The notes: generated by a model not told the origin, from the letters alone. Counted from the first letter of the stretch, positions 12,680 through 26,467 are shown. The stretch is DNA of 64,000 nt from Octopus sinensis (GCF_006345805.1 NC_043003.1:82274001-82338000), one strand, 5' to 3'. Numbers and translations: made by a program.

Positions 12680-13080
12680 AGCTTAACTTAGAAAGGTTTT
12701 GGCCAGTATTGGCCCAGGCCATGTCTAACTTAATAGCACCACCTGGCAAAGTCTTTCAATTCAGGATTTGGGCACCAAGGCCCATTCGAGAAGAGAGTTA
12801 TTTTTGCGGAGACATATCCGGGTGTGGGTGGCTTGTGCGGGACTGCTTGGAGGAATTTGTCCAAAGAATTCTTGAATTTTGTATGGTGAGTTTCTGTTTT
12901 GACGTGAAATAATTGAGGTGAAATAATTGTGCTGTATTGTTGTTATGAGATGCGATTTAGATTTTTGTTGTGAACGGATGGCACGGGATCCAAGTCTTGG
13001 GTGTATTTTGAAGGTGATGCCAACATCATTTGGACAGTGCTGATGGAATATTTTCCACATCATACAAATAATATACCGTT
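12680..13080 (-). mobile_element. 3' end of a CR1/L2-group LINE (C-terminal RT region plus 3' UTR)
   Basis: RYIICMMWKIFHQHCPNDVGITFKIHPRLG...HNYFTS...KFKNSLDKFLQAVPHKPPTPGYVS..NNSLLEWA across frameshifts. Confidence 0.8.
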
Positions 13081-13159
13081 CATATGTATATGTAGGTCCT
13101 GGGTTGAGTCAGGGTTAACCACAGTAAATAAGGTACTCAATACATAGCAGAGTAAATTA

Positions 13160-13296
13160 ATTTATTTTATAGAAGGAGCTTCTACAGGACTAGAACTGTT
13201 TCATTCAAAAGAAATCATCAGGAAGCCAGGCTTCCTGATGATTTCTTTTGAATGAAACAGTTCTAGTCCTGTAGAAGCTCCTTCTATAAAATAAAT
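13160..13296. repeat. Perfect 137-bp palindrome (68-bp arms, 1-nt spacer)
   Basis: 13160-13227 is the exact reverse complement of 13229-13296. Confidence 0.97.
13230..13278 (+). ncRNA. Type I hammerhead ribozyme (mirror copy on - strand at 13178-13226)
   Basis: Stem I GCTTC/GAAGC; core CTGATGA(13235-13241); stem II TTC-TTTT-GAA with a T.T closing mismatch; GAAA; stem III ACAG/CTGT; GUA with predicted cut after 13273. Confidence 0.8.
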
Positions 13297-13324
13297 ATAT
13301 ATATATATATATTATATATATATA

Positions 13325-13362
<38 letters not shown>

Positions 13363-13470
13363 GGGAGAGTTTATGAAAAGAATCAAAAGGCGAAGACAGG
13401 TGGTGTACAAAACAAACAGATGTATTAGTAAAACGCTCAGGAATAGAAAGTCTCACACGTTTCGTGCCTA
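13363..13470 (-). repeat. Partial copy of the hammerhead-like repeat found at 56987-57155
   Basis: GGGAGAGTTTATGAAAAG...GAAGACAGGTGGTGTACAAAACAAACAGATGTATTAGTA...CGCTCAGGAATAGAAAGTC...ACGTTTCGTGCCTA is the reverse complement of 57051-57155. Confidence 0.8.
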
Positions 13471-13863
13471 ACACATATACGTATTATTCTAAAGTTACGC
13501 ACACGTACACATCGCTTCGCACAAGGCACGTAATTAGACACAGACACACACACACAGAGGCACACACGCTCCCATTCGGACACACACACAGGCTCACACA
13601 ATCTTGCTTGCCCACAAATACATGCACACGCGCTCGCCCCACCCACATACATATACATTTATACGAATCTCCATACAAACACTTGCGTTTGCGCGCATAA
13701 AGTTTGGCTAGGTCATTGTTATCTCTTTCTCCATTCAACCTCTTCCTTCTATTCATCTGGCATGTGTTACCCGAAATCCAGACAAGAGATTTTCCTCTCT
13801 TCAATTTTTGCCTCTCTTCCTTTTCTTTCCTCTTTCCTTTCTGTCGAATGGCGTATATATATG

Positions 13864-13913
<50 letters not shown>

Positions 13914-14789
13914 ATATATATATCTAGAGAGAGAGAGAGAGAGATGGGGGAGAGAGGGAGAGAGAGAGACAGACAGAGACTGAGATAGATAGATACATAC
14001 ATGCATTCATACATACATACATAATCTATACACACACACTCACACACATAATTTTAGCAACATTTTTCAATGATGTATATGAGTGCATACATCTCAAGCT
14101 TAATAAAAATGATTGATCATCAACAAGCATCTAAGTAGCAAGAACTTGTTCTAACAGCAGGAATGTCCGAATATTGGAGCTTCCAATTGCTTCATAGCTG
14201 CCTACCAGAGGCCACAAAGGATGAGATACAATTAAGGATAGTATAAAATCTGCCAGGTCATGATTTTATGCGAGCCCTCAAAGCTACTGTGCATAAGGCT
14301 GATTTTGTATCCACTCTCCTACACCACTCTAAATCTGTCAGATGTCAAAGCTAACATATTTGTTAAATTACTATGTGAAATGATATACGCAGCGTGACGA
14401 TACCAATATTTGCACTGAGACCATAATTACGTATCAGTGGCTTCTTTGGAGTGGCTATTTCTTTGAGATTAAATCTGTAGATCTTTCTCAGGCCTAGAGA
14501 GGGACTTCGGGTCCATGGACAACAAATCGGGTGAAAAATTATCCTTGATCACGATGGAGTGTGACACCCCGTGAAATGAAGCCAAATACCTTGTAGCTCG
14601 TAGTTTCTATCATAACAGATAAATTTATCTTTTACTTATCGCGGTACCGAAATATTAAATCATCAACATCTGAATTTAGCGAGCGGCAAAACGATGACAT
14701 TTAAATATCCTAAAGTGAGAATGCCGATGCTGAGAGAAATAATGACAGTATATGTTAGACTAAGGCCCAGTTTCGATGACACTAAACGA

Positions 14790-15000
14790 ATAATACTAAT
14801 ATTGATTTCTAGGATAGACATCATGTTGTATACTTTTAGGAGTTAAATAAACGTTGATTTATCGACTCAAGCATTTGATAGGTACTTCTTTTCGTGAAAT
14901 GAAGAAAATGAACGTCAAAATCGATGACGGCAGCATTTGAAATCAGACGTTAAGTGGGATAAACGTAAGTCAACTTTTTCCGATGCTCTACCGATTACTC
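14790..15000 (-). mobile_element. Decayed SINE (first family)
   Basis: ATCGACTCAAGCATTTGATAGGTACTT...AAAATCGATGACGGCAGCATTTGAAATCAGA is the reverse SINE core and head. Confidence 0.55.
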
Positions 15001-15130
15001 GAATTTACTTTTCCAAATAAAGACATGATTATTTATCTTCTTTTACAAAACAACAAACGGCAAAATTTATTGAATTGTCTCTCGTTCAAAGCACTAATAA
15101 TAGATAAACATATATAAACGTGTATATATA

Positions 15131-15320
15131 AAAGGCGACGAGCTGGCAGAAACGGTAGCACGACGGGCGAAATGCGAAGCCGTCGACTTTGCCTTTCATC
15201 CTTTCGGGGTCGATAAATTAAGTACCAGTTACGCACTGGGGTCGATGTAAACGACTTAATATGTTTGTCTGTCCTTGTTTGTCCCCTCTGTGTCTAGCCC
15301 CTTGCGGGTGGTAAAGAAAT
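15131..15320 (+). mobile_element. tRNA-derived SINE with an internal deletion across the B-box region
   Basis: AAGGCGACGAGCTGGCAGAAACGG...GTCGACTTTGCCTTTCATCCTTTCGGGGTCGATAAATTAAGTACCAGTTACGCACTGGGGTCGATG. Confidence 0.85.
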
Positions 15321-15419
15321 ATATATAAACGTGTATTTGTATGTATGTATGTATGTATGTATGTATGTATGTATGTATGTATGTATGTATGTATGTATGT
15401 ATGGATAGATAGAGAGATA

Positions 15420-15632
15420 TTCTTTTGTTCTTTTACTTGTTTCAGGAATTTGAGTGCGGCCATGCTGGAGCACCGCGTATAGTTGAACGAATCGACCCCA
15501 GGGCTTTTTTGCAAGCTTACTACTTATTCCATCGATCTCTTTTGCCGAATCGCTAAGTTATGGGGATGTAAACACACCACAGCGGTTGTCAAGTGATGGT
15601 GGTGGACAAGGACAAACACACTAACATATACA

Positions 15633-15689
<57 letters not shown>

Positions 15690-15700
15690 TATATGTGTAT

Positions 15701-15764
<64 letters not shown>

Positions 15765-15780
15765 GGGTTGGAGATGATGT

Positions 15781-15834
<54 letters not shown>

Positions 15835-15970
15835 ACGAAAGTCTTCTTTCAGTTTCCGTTTACCAAATCCACTCACAAGTCTTTGGTCGACCCGAGGCTA
15901 CAGTAGAAGACACTTGCAGAAGGTGCCACGCATGTGATTAATAAGCAAGCTACTTACCACACAGCTTACA
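15420..15970 (-). mobile_element. SINE (third family) split by an internal (TA)n expansion
   Basis: Tail TCTTTTACTTGTTTCAG...GCGGCCATGCTGGAGCACCG...; head-side CTTTCAGTTTCCGTTTACCAAATCCACTCACAAG...GCAAGCTACTTACCACACAGC. Same family as 60610-60936. Confidence 0.8.
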
Positions 15971-16161
15971 CCTATATATATATATACATATATATATAAG
16001 CGACTTCTGAATGCTGGGAAGTAGATTTTGACATTGGAATAATAAGAAATCAAACTGCGAAGAAAAGCACGGAAAAAAAAGTTTTATACGTATTTGTTAT
16101 TATACTACTACTCCTAACTTTCGATCAATAATTAAATTGATGCTTACGATTATTATTTTTA

Positions 16162-16209
<48 letters not shown>

Positions 16210-16671
16210 GTTTTTTTTTTTAGTTTTTTTTTATTATCATTGTTGTTGTTGTTGTAGTTTCGAATATGTCGGCTGCTACTAGACTTATTTTACTAAAAGC
16301 GACTTATTAAGAATGGAAAATTTTAATTCAGTTACAAATGTTCTAATACCAAAATAAAACTGAGATTATGTATCATAGGCTTCTGGCAAAGAAATAATAA
16401 CGCTGAAACCTCTATTTTGAAGTATATATATCGTCTTATTGATAACTAAAGTGCTGTCTGAAGTGGAAACAAGATGTGATAGTTAAACTGGGGCATTAAA
16501 CATCTTTCAGTGACATGGGCCATAAATAAGCAGCCATTGTGCACAAAGTCATCTAGTTCAAGTTTACTTTAACCTTGTTCTAATCAATATTTTGACATCT
16601 GTATCAATTCTTAGCGGCTATTTCAGAGATCAATATTTGGACGACCTATTCCAATTGTCTTTAATACCTAC

Positions 16672-16868
16672 CTTGATTGGTTAATAAGAGTGGCGTGTCA
16701 GTTATTGCATTATCGAATCGGGCAGCTGATGCTACAGCTGCGAGATCATTTTGCATTGATTTTCCCCATACTTCACTGGGAAACTTTAATTTGATAGATT
16801 TAAGCACATCATAACTACCGGGAATGTTCAAGTGATTGATTGAATATAGGAATATTTGCTCCAAATAC
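16672..16868 (-). CDS. Candidate internal coding exon (197 nt, phase 2 to phase 1) of an unidentified host gene
   Basis: Acceptor TTGCCGCAG|G and donor CAAG|GTAGGT bracket an open, non-repetitive frame YLEQIFLYSINHLNIPGSYDVLKSIKLKFPSEVWGKSMQNDLAAVASAARFDNAITDTPLLLTNQ. Confidence 0.5.
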
Positions 16869-17590
16869 CTGCGGCAACATAGTATAATGTAAGAAGGACA
16901 TATTATCTTAGCGGTGTCAACAACGAATAACTACTAGATATTTTGTGCGTGAATTTTTTTTCTAATTTGTTTGACATTCTTTGTTTAAAATAGTAAAATA
17001 TTTTCAACAGTAAGATGTTCTAGTAAAAATATGCTTCACTTGGTTTCTTTACGAATGCTGAAATTTCTTGAAAGATTTTAATACCTCGCTATTTTCCTTG
17101 AGTGTAAAAACATGGAGCACCGAATGTAATCGAATTTGTCTTTTCACTTTAGTAGAATATTTGAGGTTCAATTAATCGATCAAATCTCTCCCATACCATT
17201 TTTGGAACTCTGCATAGCTACAAAACGTAATCATTATTTCAACATTGCAAATCAAGAGATTTAAATGATTTTATATGCAAGCATACAAGATAAAACCTAT
17301 AATTACTAGGCAACTACACCCAGTAAGTGATAAACATAATTTAAAACCTAGAGAGACCCATAGGATGGACACTGTCAATCAATGTCTGTTGCTGGATTCA
17401 ATAATAACGTTGCTGCTTGAAATTAGACTGTAGAGTAATTTCATTTGATATAATTGTTGATGAACGGTATAGTCTGTACTTATAGCTATGGCTAGACCTA
17501 ACTGAATTCTCTCTCTGAATTATTTTCTGACAGTGCCTGAAAACGTTACAGGTGTTTAAGTTCATGTTTCCGGCTAGCATTTCAATACTT

Positions 17591-17649
17591 GTCTGCTGTA
17601 TGAGATGCCTAAGATGCATGTCTGCTTGTATGAGATGCCTAAGATGCAT
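17591..17649. repeat. About 30-bp tandem duplication
   Basis: GTCTGC(T)TGTATGAGATGCCTAAGATGCAT occurs twice. Confidence 0.9.
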
Positions 17650-19329
17650 AATTGTTATATAATATCTATAAGCCCCAAATTTCCCTTTAAATAGAAGGGG
17701 TTTTAATGAAGAATTTAATCACGTGATGTTTACAAACATTCTAGCTATAGAGAGAAAACATCTTCAAAACATCTCCCATCCACGTTATCAAATGGGATGC
17801 ACTTTCCAAGGAAATTATACTGTTCATTCAAGATAAATGAAGTAAGAATATCACATATACTAGGATATTTTAATCTTATAACTAAGGTAACATCTACAAG
17901 CAGAAGCGTCCGGCGCAGTTATGAGTCAGCAACAAGTAAGCTAAAATGATATTTGATAGTTACAATAAATGTAGCCGATGCTTGGCGAAGGGGTAATACG
18001 ACTTTCTGAATTAAGATTATATCTAGAGCTATTTTATGAAACGAGGTAAAATTAATGAAAATAAAGTCACTGAAATAATATTTCAGATCTCGATCTGTTC
18101 TAGGTGATCAGGAAAACACACAGATAAAAATATTAACTTACAATATCCAGAACATTGTCAGCTATTTTGGCTCCTAGAAGAGGTAAATCAGAAGATCTGC
18201 TAAGCTACTTAAGTTAATCGTCGTTGTCATTAATACTGTCTCTCAGTGGATAAGTATTATAGATTCAAATCTTTTGACATTATATATGTATCTACAATTA
18301 TGACAACCACACATTTGCACATAGACATATTACATACTTATATATGTATATACATACATATGTAGTTATATATGCATTGATAAAATATCTTCATCATCAT
18401 CACCTGTCCCATCGGTGCGATAGATCTATAAAATGATTTCCGCAGGAAATTTATTCTCGTTGTGTCACACTGCGGGTAAAGATGATTAAAGGTGGTATTA
18501 AAACAATGGTAATGAAATTTGTAATTGTTATGTAATAATAATAACTAGAAAGATTGCTGAAATGACGATCAATGTGAAACGCCAGCAATGACCGCTCAGC
18601 ATATATATTAATAATGATGTTAAATCAAGATTATTATTACTCCAGTTATTATAAAAATAATTATTGTCATAATTATAATAATCATAATAATAATACGAAA
18701 GCATTTATATATCACTAGTAATAATAGTAATTATATTTATTGCTATCATTTCAATATATTACAAATGTCCTTGAAATATTGGACAGTGATTAGTTAACGC
18801 AGAGAATCGCTTGTTTGTCAAAAAAGTATTTGGTGATATGATACATACTTCTGTAGGTTCTTAGTTCATCCTCCTGAACTTTCAACTTCTGAGATTTGTG
18901 TAAATAGAAGCAATGAAGTTGAAATCGGTTTCTTACAGCATAAGTGAATATGTTTGTTCACTATAACGAAAGTAAAACTTCTTATTTGGTGATTCCATTC
19001 ACGTATACCTTAGAAATCATGCATAAAATATTTAATACATCTCCGAGCTGCTTTGTCCCCAAGGACAGATATAGCTATGTTATGTGGACGTTTATCGTTC
19101 TACTTGTAGTAATTCATTATTATTTCTAACATACAATTTATACGATACAACAATATTTTAGATAAAATAATTAGCATTATAAACAAAATCGAAGGTTACA
19201 TCGTGTGCTTTGTTCATGTGTTTCATTGCAATCATGACTTATCTTTAGCCTCTCTCTTGTCTGGATTGTGATGAGACAGAATTGTAATTATTAGGTTAAT
19301 AATTATTATTATAGTTCGTTTATTTGGTA

Positions 19330-19510
19330 CAAAACCAGTAATTTTCAGAGAAGTGTGGTTTAGTTGGATGCATCGATCTCAGTACTTGACAGGTTCTTAT
19401 TTTGTCCCGAAAGTTACTCTCGGCTATATTTGTACTCAGAACGCAAAGAGCAGGAAGAAACCCTGTTAGCATTCTGTCCGACGCGCTAACGACATTAGCA
19501 TCGCATCACC
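19330..19510 (-). mobile_element. Decayed SINE (first family)
   Basis: CATCGATCTCAGTACTTGACAGGTTCTTATTTT...TTTGTACTCAGAACGCAAAGAG...GTCCGACGCGCTAACGA. Confidence 0.7.
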
Positions 19511-20823
19511 GTGAGTATAATAACAACTACCAAATTTTAAAAAAAACGATAGTGATGTTGATTTAGATGATGATGCCAAATTTTCTCCCTGTTTTTAACA
19601 ATTTTACTCGAATTACCAGTCTTTGTTTTTATTGTTTTATATTTATATCTATGATGAGATTTACTATATATAATTACATCTCGGCTCCATTATAGATGAA
19701 TACTTTGTCTAGATTAAGGACGGATGCAAGTTCTCTTAGCTATGTAAAGACATTATGATTTAAAATCCCAATATCATTTGCTTTATTGAAATTCAGGATT
19801 ATTTATGATTATATTTTCATTATTTTGATAAATTTACAGAAAACATTTGTGTATTGTTCGGTTGAAACAAGTTACGTTGCAAGTTGCAGACGCCGCAAAA
19901 ACAAAATAAAAAAACAAATGTATCTCATATCTAGTGAACTCGATATGTATACATAAATATTTCAGTTACGCGAGTCATGTCTTATTTTGAATGATAAACC
20001 TAGATTTCAAATAAATTTTTGAGATAATACAACGCATGAAGGCATTAACCAAAACAATAATAGGGACAATCTAAAACAATTTAAAATTCGTCTTCGCAAT
20101 TCCAAATAAATTAATATATAAATGATGATCATAAAACATTACGATATAAGCGAGCTCCAGATTTGTATTTTGATTTAAACGTGAATTCTAGCTCTCTATA
20201 TCGAACTAATTCAATACCATTTGGGGAGTATTTGCTAATATATTAAAATAATTTATTTTATTTACAATAACTGATATTTTTTCTTGTAAATACAAAATAC
20301 AACCTAATTATCTTAATGGATTTTCTCTTGTGTTTCTTACATTTGTCTAATCTATTTTTGCGGCTAAATCTTGTCAAAGCTATATATTTATGCAGACTAA
20401 TAACATGGCTAAATTACTATCCAATTTTCGAAAGCAAAAAACAGCAACTTATTCACTTCGGTCCCTAAATCCAATTGTCAATAATTCTTAATGACATGTC
20501 TTTTTTCTCATGCATTTTATAAATTAATGTCTACATTTTGCCTTTTCACCGTTTGTTCTATGGACAAACAGATTCCAGAGTACGTACATTATTTTATATT
20601 ATACAAGATGTTAACAAACTTTCTGATCGGTTACCGTTGAATATATATGTATAAGTAAATGTATTTGCAAACATATATGTATATATGCGTGCGTGTGAGT
20701 GTATATATATATATATATATAATATATTATATATATATATTATATAGACATATGTATGTATATATGTATATGTATATATATATTATATAGCTATATGTAT
20801 GTATATTGTATAATATATATATA

Positions 20824-20865
<42 letters not shown>

Positions 20866-21437
20866 TTTGTTGATGCACACAGCAAAATGGAGCTCAAAAC
20901 ATGGGTATGGAAATGTTTCCTATTGATGATCGGCAGAAATTGCCGAATGATTCAAGCATCGAGAGTGTGGTGCTAAGGCACTTATCAAACTGCTTTCCAA
21001 ACAACGGGCATATTTTAAGAAACCGGCGATAGTGCTATTTCCCTGGATCCTTCGGAAATAAATCATAAAATCATTTAAAGTATCACGGGGAGAATGCAAA
21101 TTTTGTTCAAATAATTTACTCCTTGCGCCGTTCAATAAATAAATACTTCAATAAATACATAAATAAGGATAAAATATATATTTTATTTTGCGGCTGTTCA
21201 TCTGAAAGTTGTATAGCTGCGCGTATGTATGTAAGAAAGTGTGTGTGTATGAGTGTGGTTGTGTGTGTATGTGTATGTGTGCCTGTGTGTGTACACGTGC
21301 GTGAAATTGTATATATGTATGTATGTGGATGTGTATGTATATGAATATGTTTAAGTGCATTTCCTCACTTATGTATGTTTACACTTCTGTGTTTTATATT
21401 TATGCATATATGTGTGAGTGTGTCGCCATGATTATGC

Positions 21438-21476
<39 letters not shown>

Positions 21477-21917
21477 TACACTCAGAGACACAGACACAGA
21501 CACGCACATATGTATTATGTATTTCTATGTATTAAGGTACATATTGTACTGATATTCACCGGCACACTAAGATTTTCGTACGTAAGTATGAATGCATATT
21601 TTTAAATGTTCCTTATTTATTTATTAAATGGAGTTACGGGCAAACCATTTCAAAAGTATGCATTCCTCACGTGATATTGTAATTTCATTTTTTATAAATG
21701 CTCTAGAACAATCCACTGAAATGCTATTATCACCGGTATATAAATATACCTGTGCTTTGACACAAGGTTAACAAGGGTCAAAGCACAAAACTCGCGGCCC
21801 ATCAGTCTCTCTGTAACTTCTGCCAATTATTAGTAAAAACAACGTATGTACATACACACAAATACATGTACATGAGTGAGGGTATATATATATATGTGTG
21901 TGTGTACGTGTATGTTG

Positions 21918-21998
<81 letters not shown>

Positions 21999-22277
21999 GT
22001 GTATATATAATTATATACACATACATACTTACATATATTTATATATATATTTCAACGTAGGTGTGGATGTTTATAAATAAATATTTCCTTTGAATACACA
22101 TATGCACATTTTTGTTTATCTAAAGTGATTTATATATATTATATATATACATACGTATCAATATATATATAAGCTTGTAGAAATATGCTGTGTATATGTA
22201 CATACATATGTATGCACATGTGTGTAGATATAGATGTATATATATGAAAGTGTGAATATATATATCATATACGTTCC

Positions 22278-22350
<73 letters not shown>

Positions 22351-22974
22351 CATTTATAAATACATGGATATATACACATATCACACAGTCTCATACATAT
22401 ATGTGGATAGATGTGTGTGTGTGTGTGTGTATGTGTGTGTGTGTATGTGTGCGTAGGGGGAGTGTGTTTACACATATCAGAAAAAATACAGACGATTGTT
22501 ACTGTACACTTCGCTGTTGTTTCGTATACCATGTGGTATATGTAGAAGAGGAATACTAAAGGCTCATGTAAACTAACAACTAAGAATGTTGGATAAAATC
22601 TGGTACATAAAAATGTAAATAAATTTATGTAGTTATTCACCGCTACAAACACGTTATTATGCTTGCGAAGACACTGGTTTAATCTCAAGCATATGGACAT
22701 TTATCAATTATGATGATTAGAAAATAATATACCTGTATTTATACATGTATGTCTACAAAGGAATATTCGTGCTTTTATCCTGCATGTATATATATACATA
22801 TGTGTGTGTGTGTGTGTGTGTGCGTTCGTGTGTGTATGTGTGCGTGCGTGTATACATATATATATATATATATATATATATTGATAAAAATGATAAGACA
22901 ACAAAAGAATGAAAGAGACCTCGATATTATGTAAATAGAAGAATTTATCTGTAAATGTAATATGTGACAATTTT

Positions 22975-23100
22975 TCGGTAGCCATGGTAAAACTCCGAGT
23001 TTCGAATGCCGAGGTGGAAATCCACGCCGCCATCTCTGCAGTTCTCTGGCCTGATTTCCACCTCGGCATCCGAAACTCGAAGTTTTATCATGGCTACCGA
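22975..23100. repeat. Fold-back inverted repeat (about 48-bp arms) with hammerhead 3'-half motif GAAAC-TCGGA-GTT
   Basis: TCGGTAGCCATGGTAAAACTCCGAGTTTCGAATGCCGAGGTGGAAATC pairs with GATTTCCACCTCGGCATCCGAAACTCGAAGTTTTATCATGGCTACCGA, with few mismatches. Confidence 0.9.
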
Positions 23101-23118
23101 ATAATTATCACATATTAC

Positions 23119-23184
<66 letters not shown>

Positions 23185-23993
23185 TGTATGTATGTATGTA
23201 TGTATGTATGTATGTATTTATGTATGTCAGACAAATTAGAAAAATATCGACGCATACATAGCGTTCTGAACGATGGCGTATGATATTAAGCCCTTGTTTG
23301 GATTTGTAACGTCGGTAGAGATTATCATATTTGGCCTCCTTTAGGCCACTCTCCTTGTATATTAGCACAATATTTGTGAATCTTAAAGAAACAAAATCCC
23401 GCTTTGTTGAAATTTGCTATTTTGGCCGTCTGTCGATATTTAGATGCAGGGTTATTCCAGTGATTGCCATGATTTGTTATTGTGATTTAGCAGAAGAAAG
23501 ATTTTTAAAGTGTTCCGATTGGAAACTCAGTGACTAGAGAGTAATACATCGACCATAGGGCCAAGCCATAGTTTTTCAGTAAATTTGATATAATTCCTAG
23601 GTATATGGTGGTAACGAAATATAGGAATCAGTTCAAAAGCACAGTTTTTAGAACGCAACACACACAAAAATACTGAGTAAACCTGATTTATCAACAAAAG
23701 CAACGTAGAGTCGCATGCTACTGAAATACGTTAGTTTTATCCCTTTGACTATGCTTAAACAAGTAGAATTCACCCTTCCCGCATAAATATGATATTCTAC
23801 GGCATCTTACATTTTACACATTTGTACATTACGATTGAAGGAGGACAAACAAATACTGCACGCGTGTGACTATACACACACACACATACAGACACACATA
23901 TATTCATTTATATTGATGCATAGATGTATATATGTATGTAAAATAAATATATGTTAAAATTAAATGTCTGCACGTATATAGCTATATATATAT

Positions 23994-24073
<80 letters not shown>

Positions 24074-24321
24074 GTGTATATATGATTGTATATATAATAG
24101 CATTGTGTATATACACTCACAGGTACACGCGGGCCGCATGCACACAAATATAATTTCTGCCACAATTTTTGTTTGTCCATAGGGAAATATCAACCGAAGT
24201 GAATATATATATATATATTGGAAAATGTTTAAAAGTCACTATCGACCCGGGTAACAGGATATTTAGCTGTTCGAAATGCGCATAAATTTCTCTTGAAATG
24301 GATGTGAATACCCATACATAA

Positions 24322-24352
<31 letters not shown>

Positions 24353-24449
24353 ACACACACACACACACACACATACACACACATACATGCATGCACATGT
24401 TGAACAAACATACTCATGAGAATAATCATCAGCATACACAAGCTTCTTA

Positions 24450-24677
24450 TGTCAGTTCTTAGTGCATCGGAAATTTCTCGGAACTAATACGCTTCCCTTC
24501 GGTGCTGTCATCTATGAAATTCCTAAGGTTTTGGACAGTGCATCCAGTGTCTTCTAGCAACTGGTTGGCGTAATTCTATTTTTGTGCTACCTCTTCCCAT
24601 TTTAGCATGTGAAGGTCACCACAGAAGAAATTATGCTGTTAGCTACCCCTTGTTACGCCAGCATTGGCCATCAAATC
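24450..24677 (-). mobile_element. 3' end of an RTE-like LINE
   Basis: Decayed G.CWR...FLLW*PSHAKMGRG..K*NYANQLLEDTGCTVQNLRNFIDD resembles the RTE-clade ORF C-terminus. Confidence 0.7.
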
Positions 24678-24740
24678 TCAAATTGTATAATACACAGGAT
24701 ATTTAAGGATAGCTTTTTGTGATTCATGCGTTGACGCTAT

Positions 24741-24772
<32 letters not shown>

Positions 24773-24824
24773 GTACACATACATATATATACACATGCAT
24801 ACTTACATATATACATACATACAC

Positions 24825-24874
<50 letters not shown>

Positions 24875-25418
24875 TACCACACACACTGACACAAATATAT
24901 ATATATATATATGACTATATACATATATTCATTCATTGCCATGCATACACACATACACACAGTTATACATGCATAACCTTACATACGTACACTAATTTAT
25001 GCGTTTGTATATATATTTGTGTGTTTGTGTGTATATCTTAATAGAAGCATAATTATAATAATTTTGCTCCATTTTTCTGATCTGAGCAAGATGTGATAAC
25101 AATATTCAATATAGCTGAAATCAACATATAAATCTAATGCTATGTTTCTTCTTTTCCCGAGTTACTCGAAAACATATCTAGGAATTTTATTTAGGTATTG
25201 CCATTGTTTTTTCATAAGGTTGAAGCTTGTCACATTCACTTTAAATGCAGTTAGCTGACTGACAAATATGCACGTATGAAACACGAAGTAAACTCTCTCT
25301 CTGTGTATGTGTGTGTGTAGAAGGTTGAAAAGTAAAACATGATTTAACATTGATAAGGTAAATATAACAAGGTAGAAAATGCTAAACTAATTTTATCATG
25401 AAATACATTTTATAACGG

Positions 25419-25456
25419 TTAGTACCGGTTTCAGGCTTTTCGACTTTTTCGACTAA
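25419..25456 (-). ncRNA. Minimal hammerhead-like motif with U3,C4,A8 core
   Basis: Minus strand reads TTAG-TCGAAAA-AGTCGAAAAGCCT-GAAAC-CG-GTA-CTAA. Stem I TTAG/CTAA is perfect, stem II imperfect, and stem III is the palindromic ACCGGT. Confidence 0.55.
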
Positions 25457-25729
25457 GAGTAAAACAAAGGTGGATATTAATTAAGAAGGAGAAAAAACAA
25501 TTGAATTGAAGAAAAAAATTAATTAAATGTTTTGTAAATATTTCCATAATCTTCAAATAGGTAGGACATTTTCCTGTCACTCCCTCTTTTTCTTTTTGAA
25601 GGCTCGGTAGATAGTAGCAGCTACTGTCTACTGATGAAGTTATTTAACATTTTCTACTTTGTCTTATTTTCCTTATATATATATATATATGGGCAGTTTC
25701 ATGTGAGTATTCGTCAATCTAGTGCTTGC

Positions 25730-25905
25730 CGCCTTTAACTAGAGGAGTTAGTCGATACAGTGTACATTATTTTATCGAGCCGATTTGGATGAAACGGATT
25801 AGACTTCGCCGGGATTTGGACTCTGATTATAAACGAAGCGGAACAAATATAACAAATATTTTTCCAATTTGTTGTGATGCGCTAACGTTTCGGTCTGCAC
25901 GTTAG
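25730..25905 (-). mobile_element. Decayed SINE (first family)
   Basis: TTTTATCGAGCCGATTTGGATGAAACGG...GCCGGGATTTGGACTCTGA...GCGCTAACGTTTCGGTCTGC. Confidence 0.65.
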
Positions 25906-26061
25906 CCGAAATAATTTTAATAATAATGATAATACAAATGATGACGATTTCTTTATTAAAGCATTTGTGAAATCTTGTGTTTGCGGGATGAGATGGCGTG
26001 TAAATGCTCTTGTCAGTATGTCTGCGCGCGTGTATATATGTATGTAGATATACGTACAACG

Positions 26062-26345
26062 ATCATGATTGTTCCCTGCTTATCCGCTCAACGGAACAGC
26101 CAGCTCGTGAATGAAATTAATGTACAAGTAGCTGAGCACTCCACAAGTACACGCACATTTAACGTGGTTCTCGAGGAGATTCAGTGTCATACAGAGTTTA
26201 AAATGGCTAGCGCTTCGAAGTACAGGTACTTCTTACATTTGCCTGCTAGTGAACATGAAATAAAGAGTGTTGCTCAAGAACTCAACGCACTGTCGGGTTT
26301 CGAACGTACTACCTTCCGATTGTGAATTCAGTACGCTAACCACTA
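26062..26345 (-). mobile_element. tRNA-derived SINE
   Basis: TGTTGCTCAAGAACTCAACGCACTGTCGGGTTTCGAACGTACTACCTTCCGATTGTGAATTCAGTACGCTAACCACTAA is a reversed tRNA-like head. Confidence 0.8.
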
Positions 26346-26398
26346 ACACACACACACGCATATATACATATATATATATATATGTATGTATATACACA

Positions 26399-26467
<69 letters not shown>

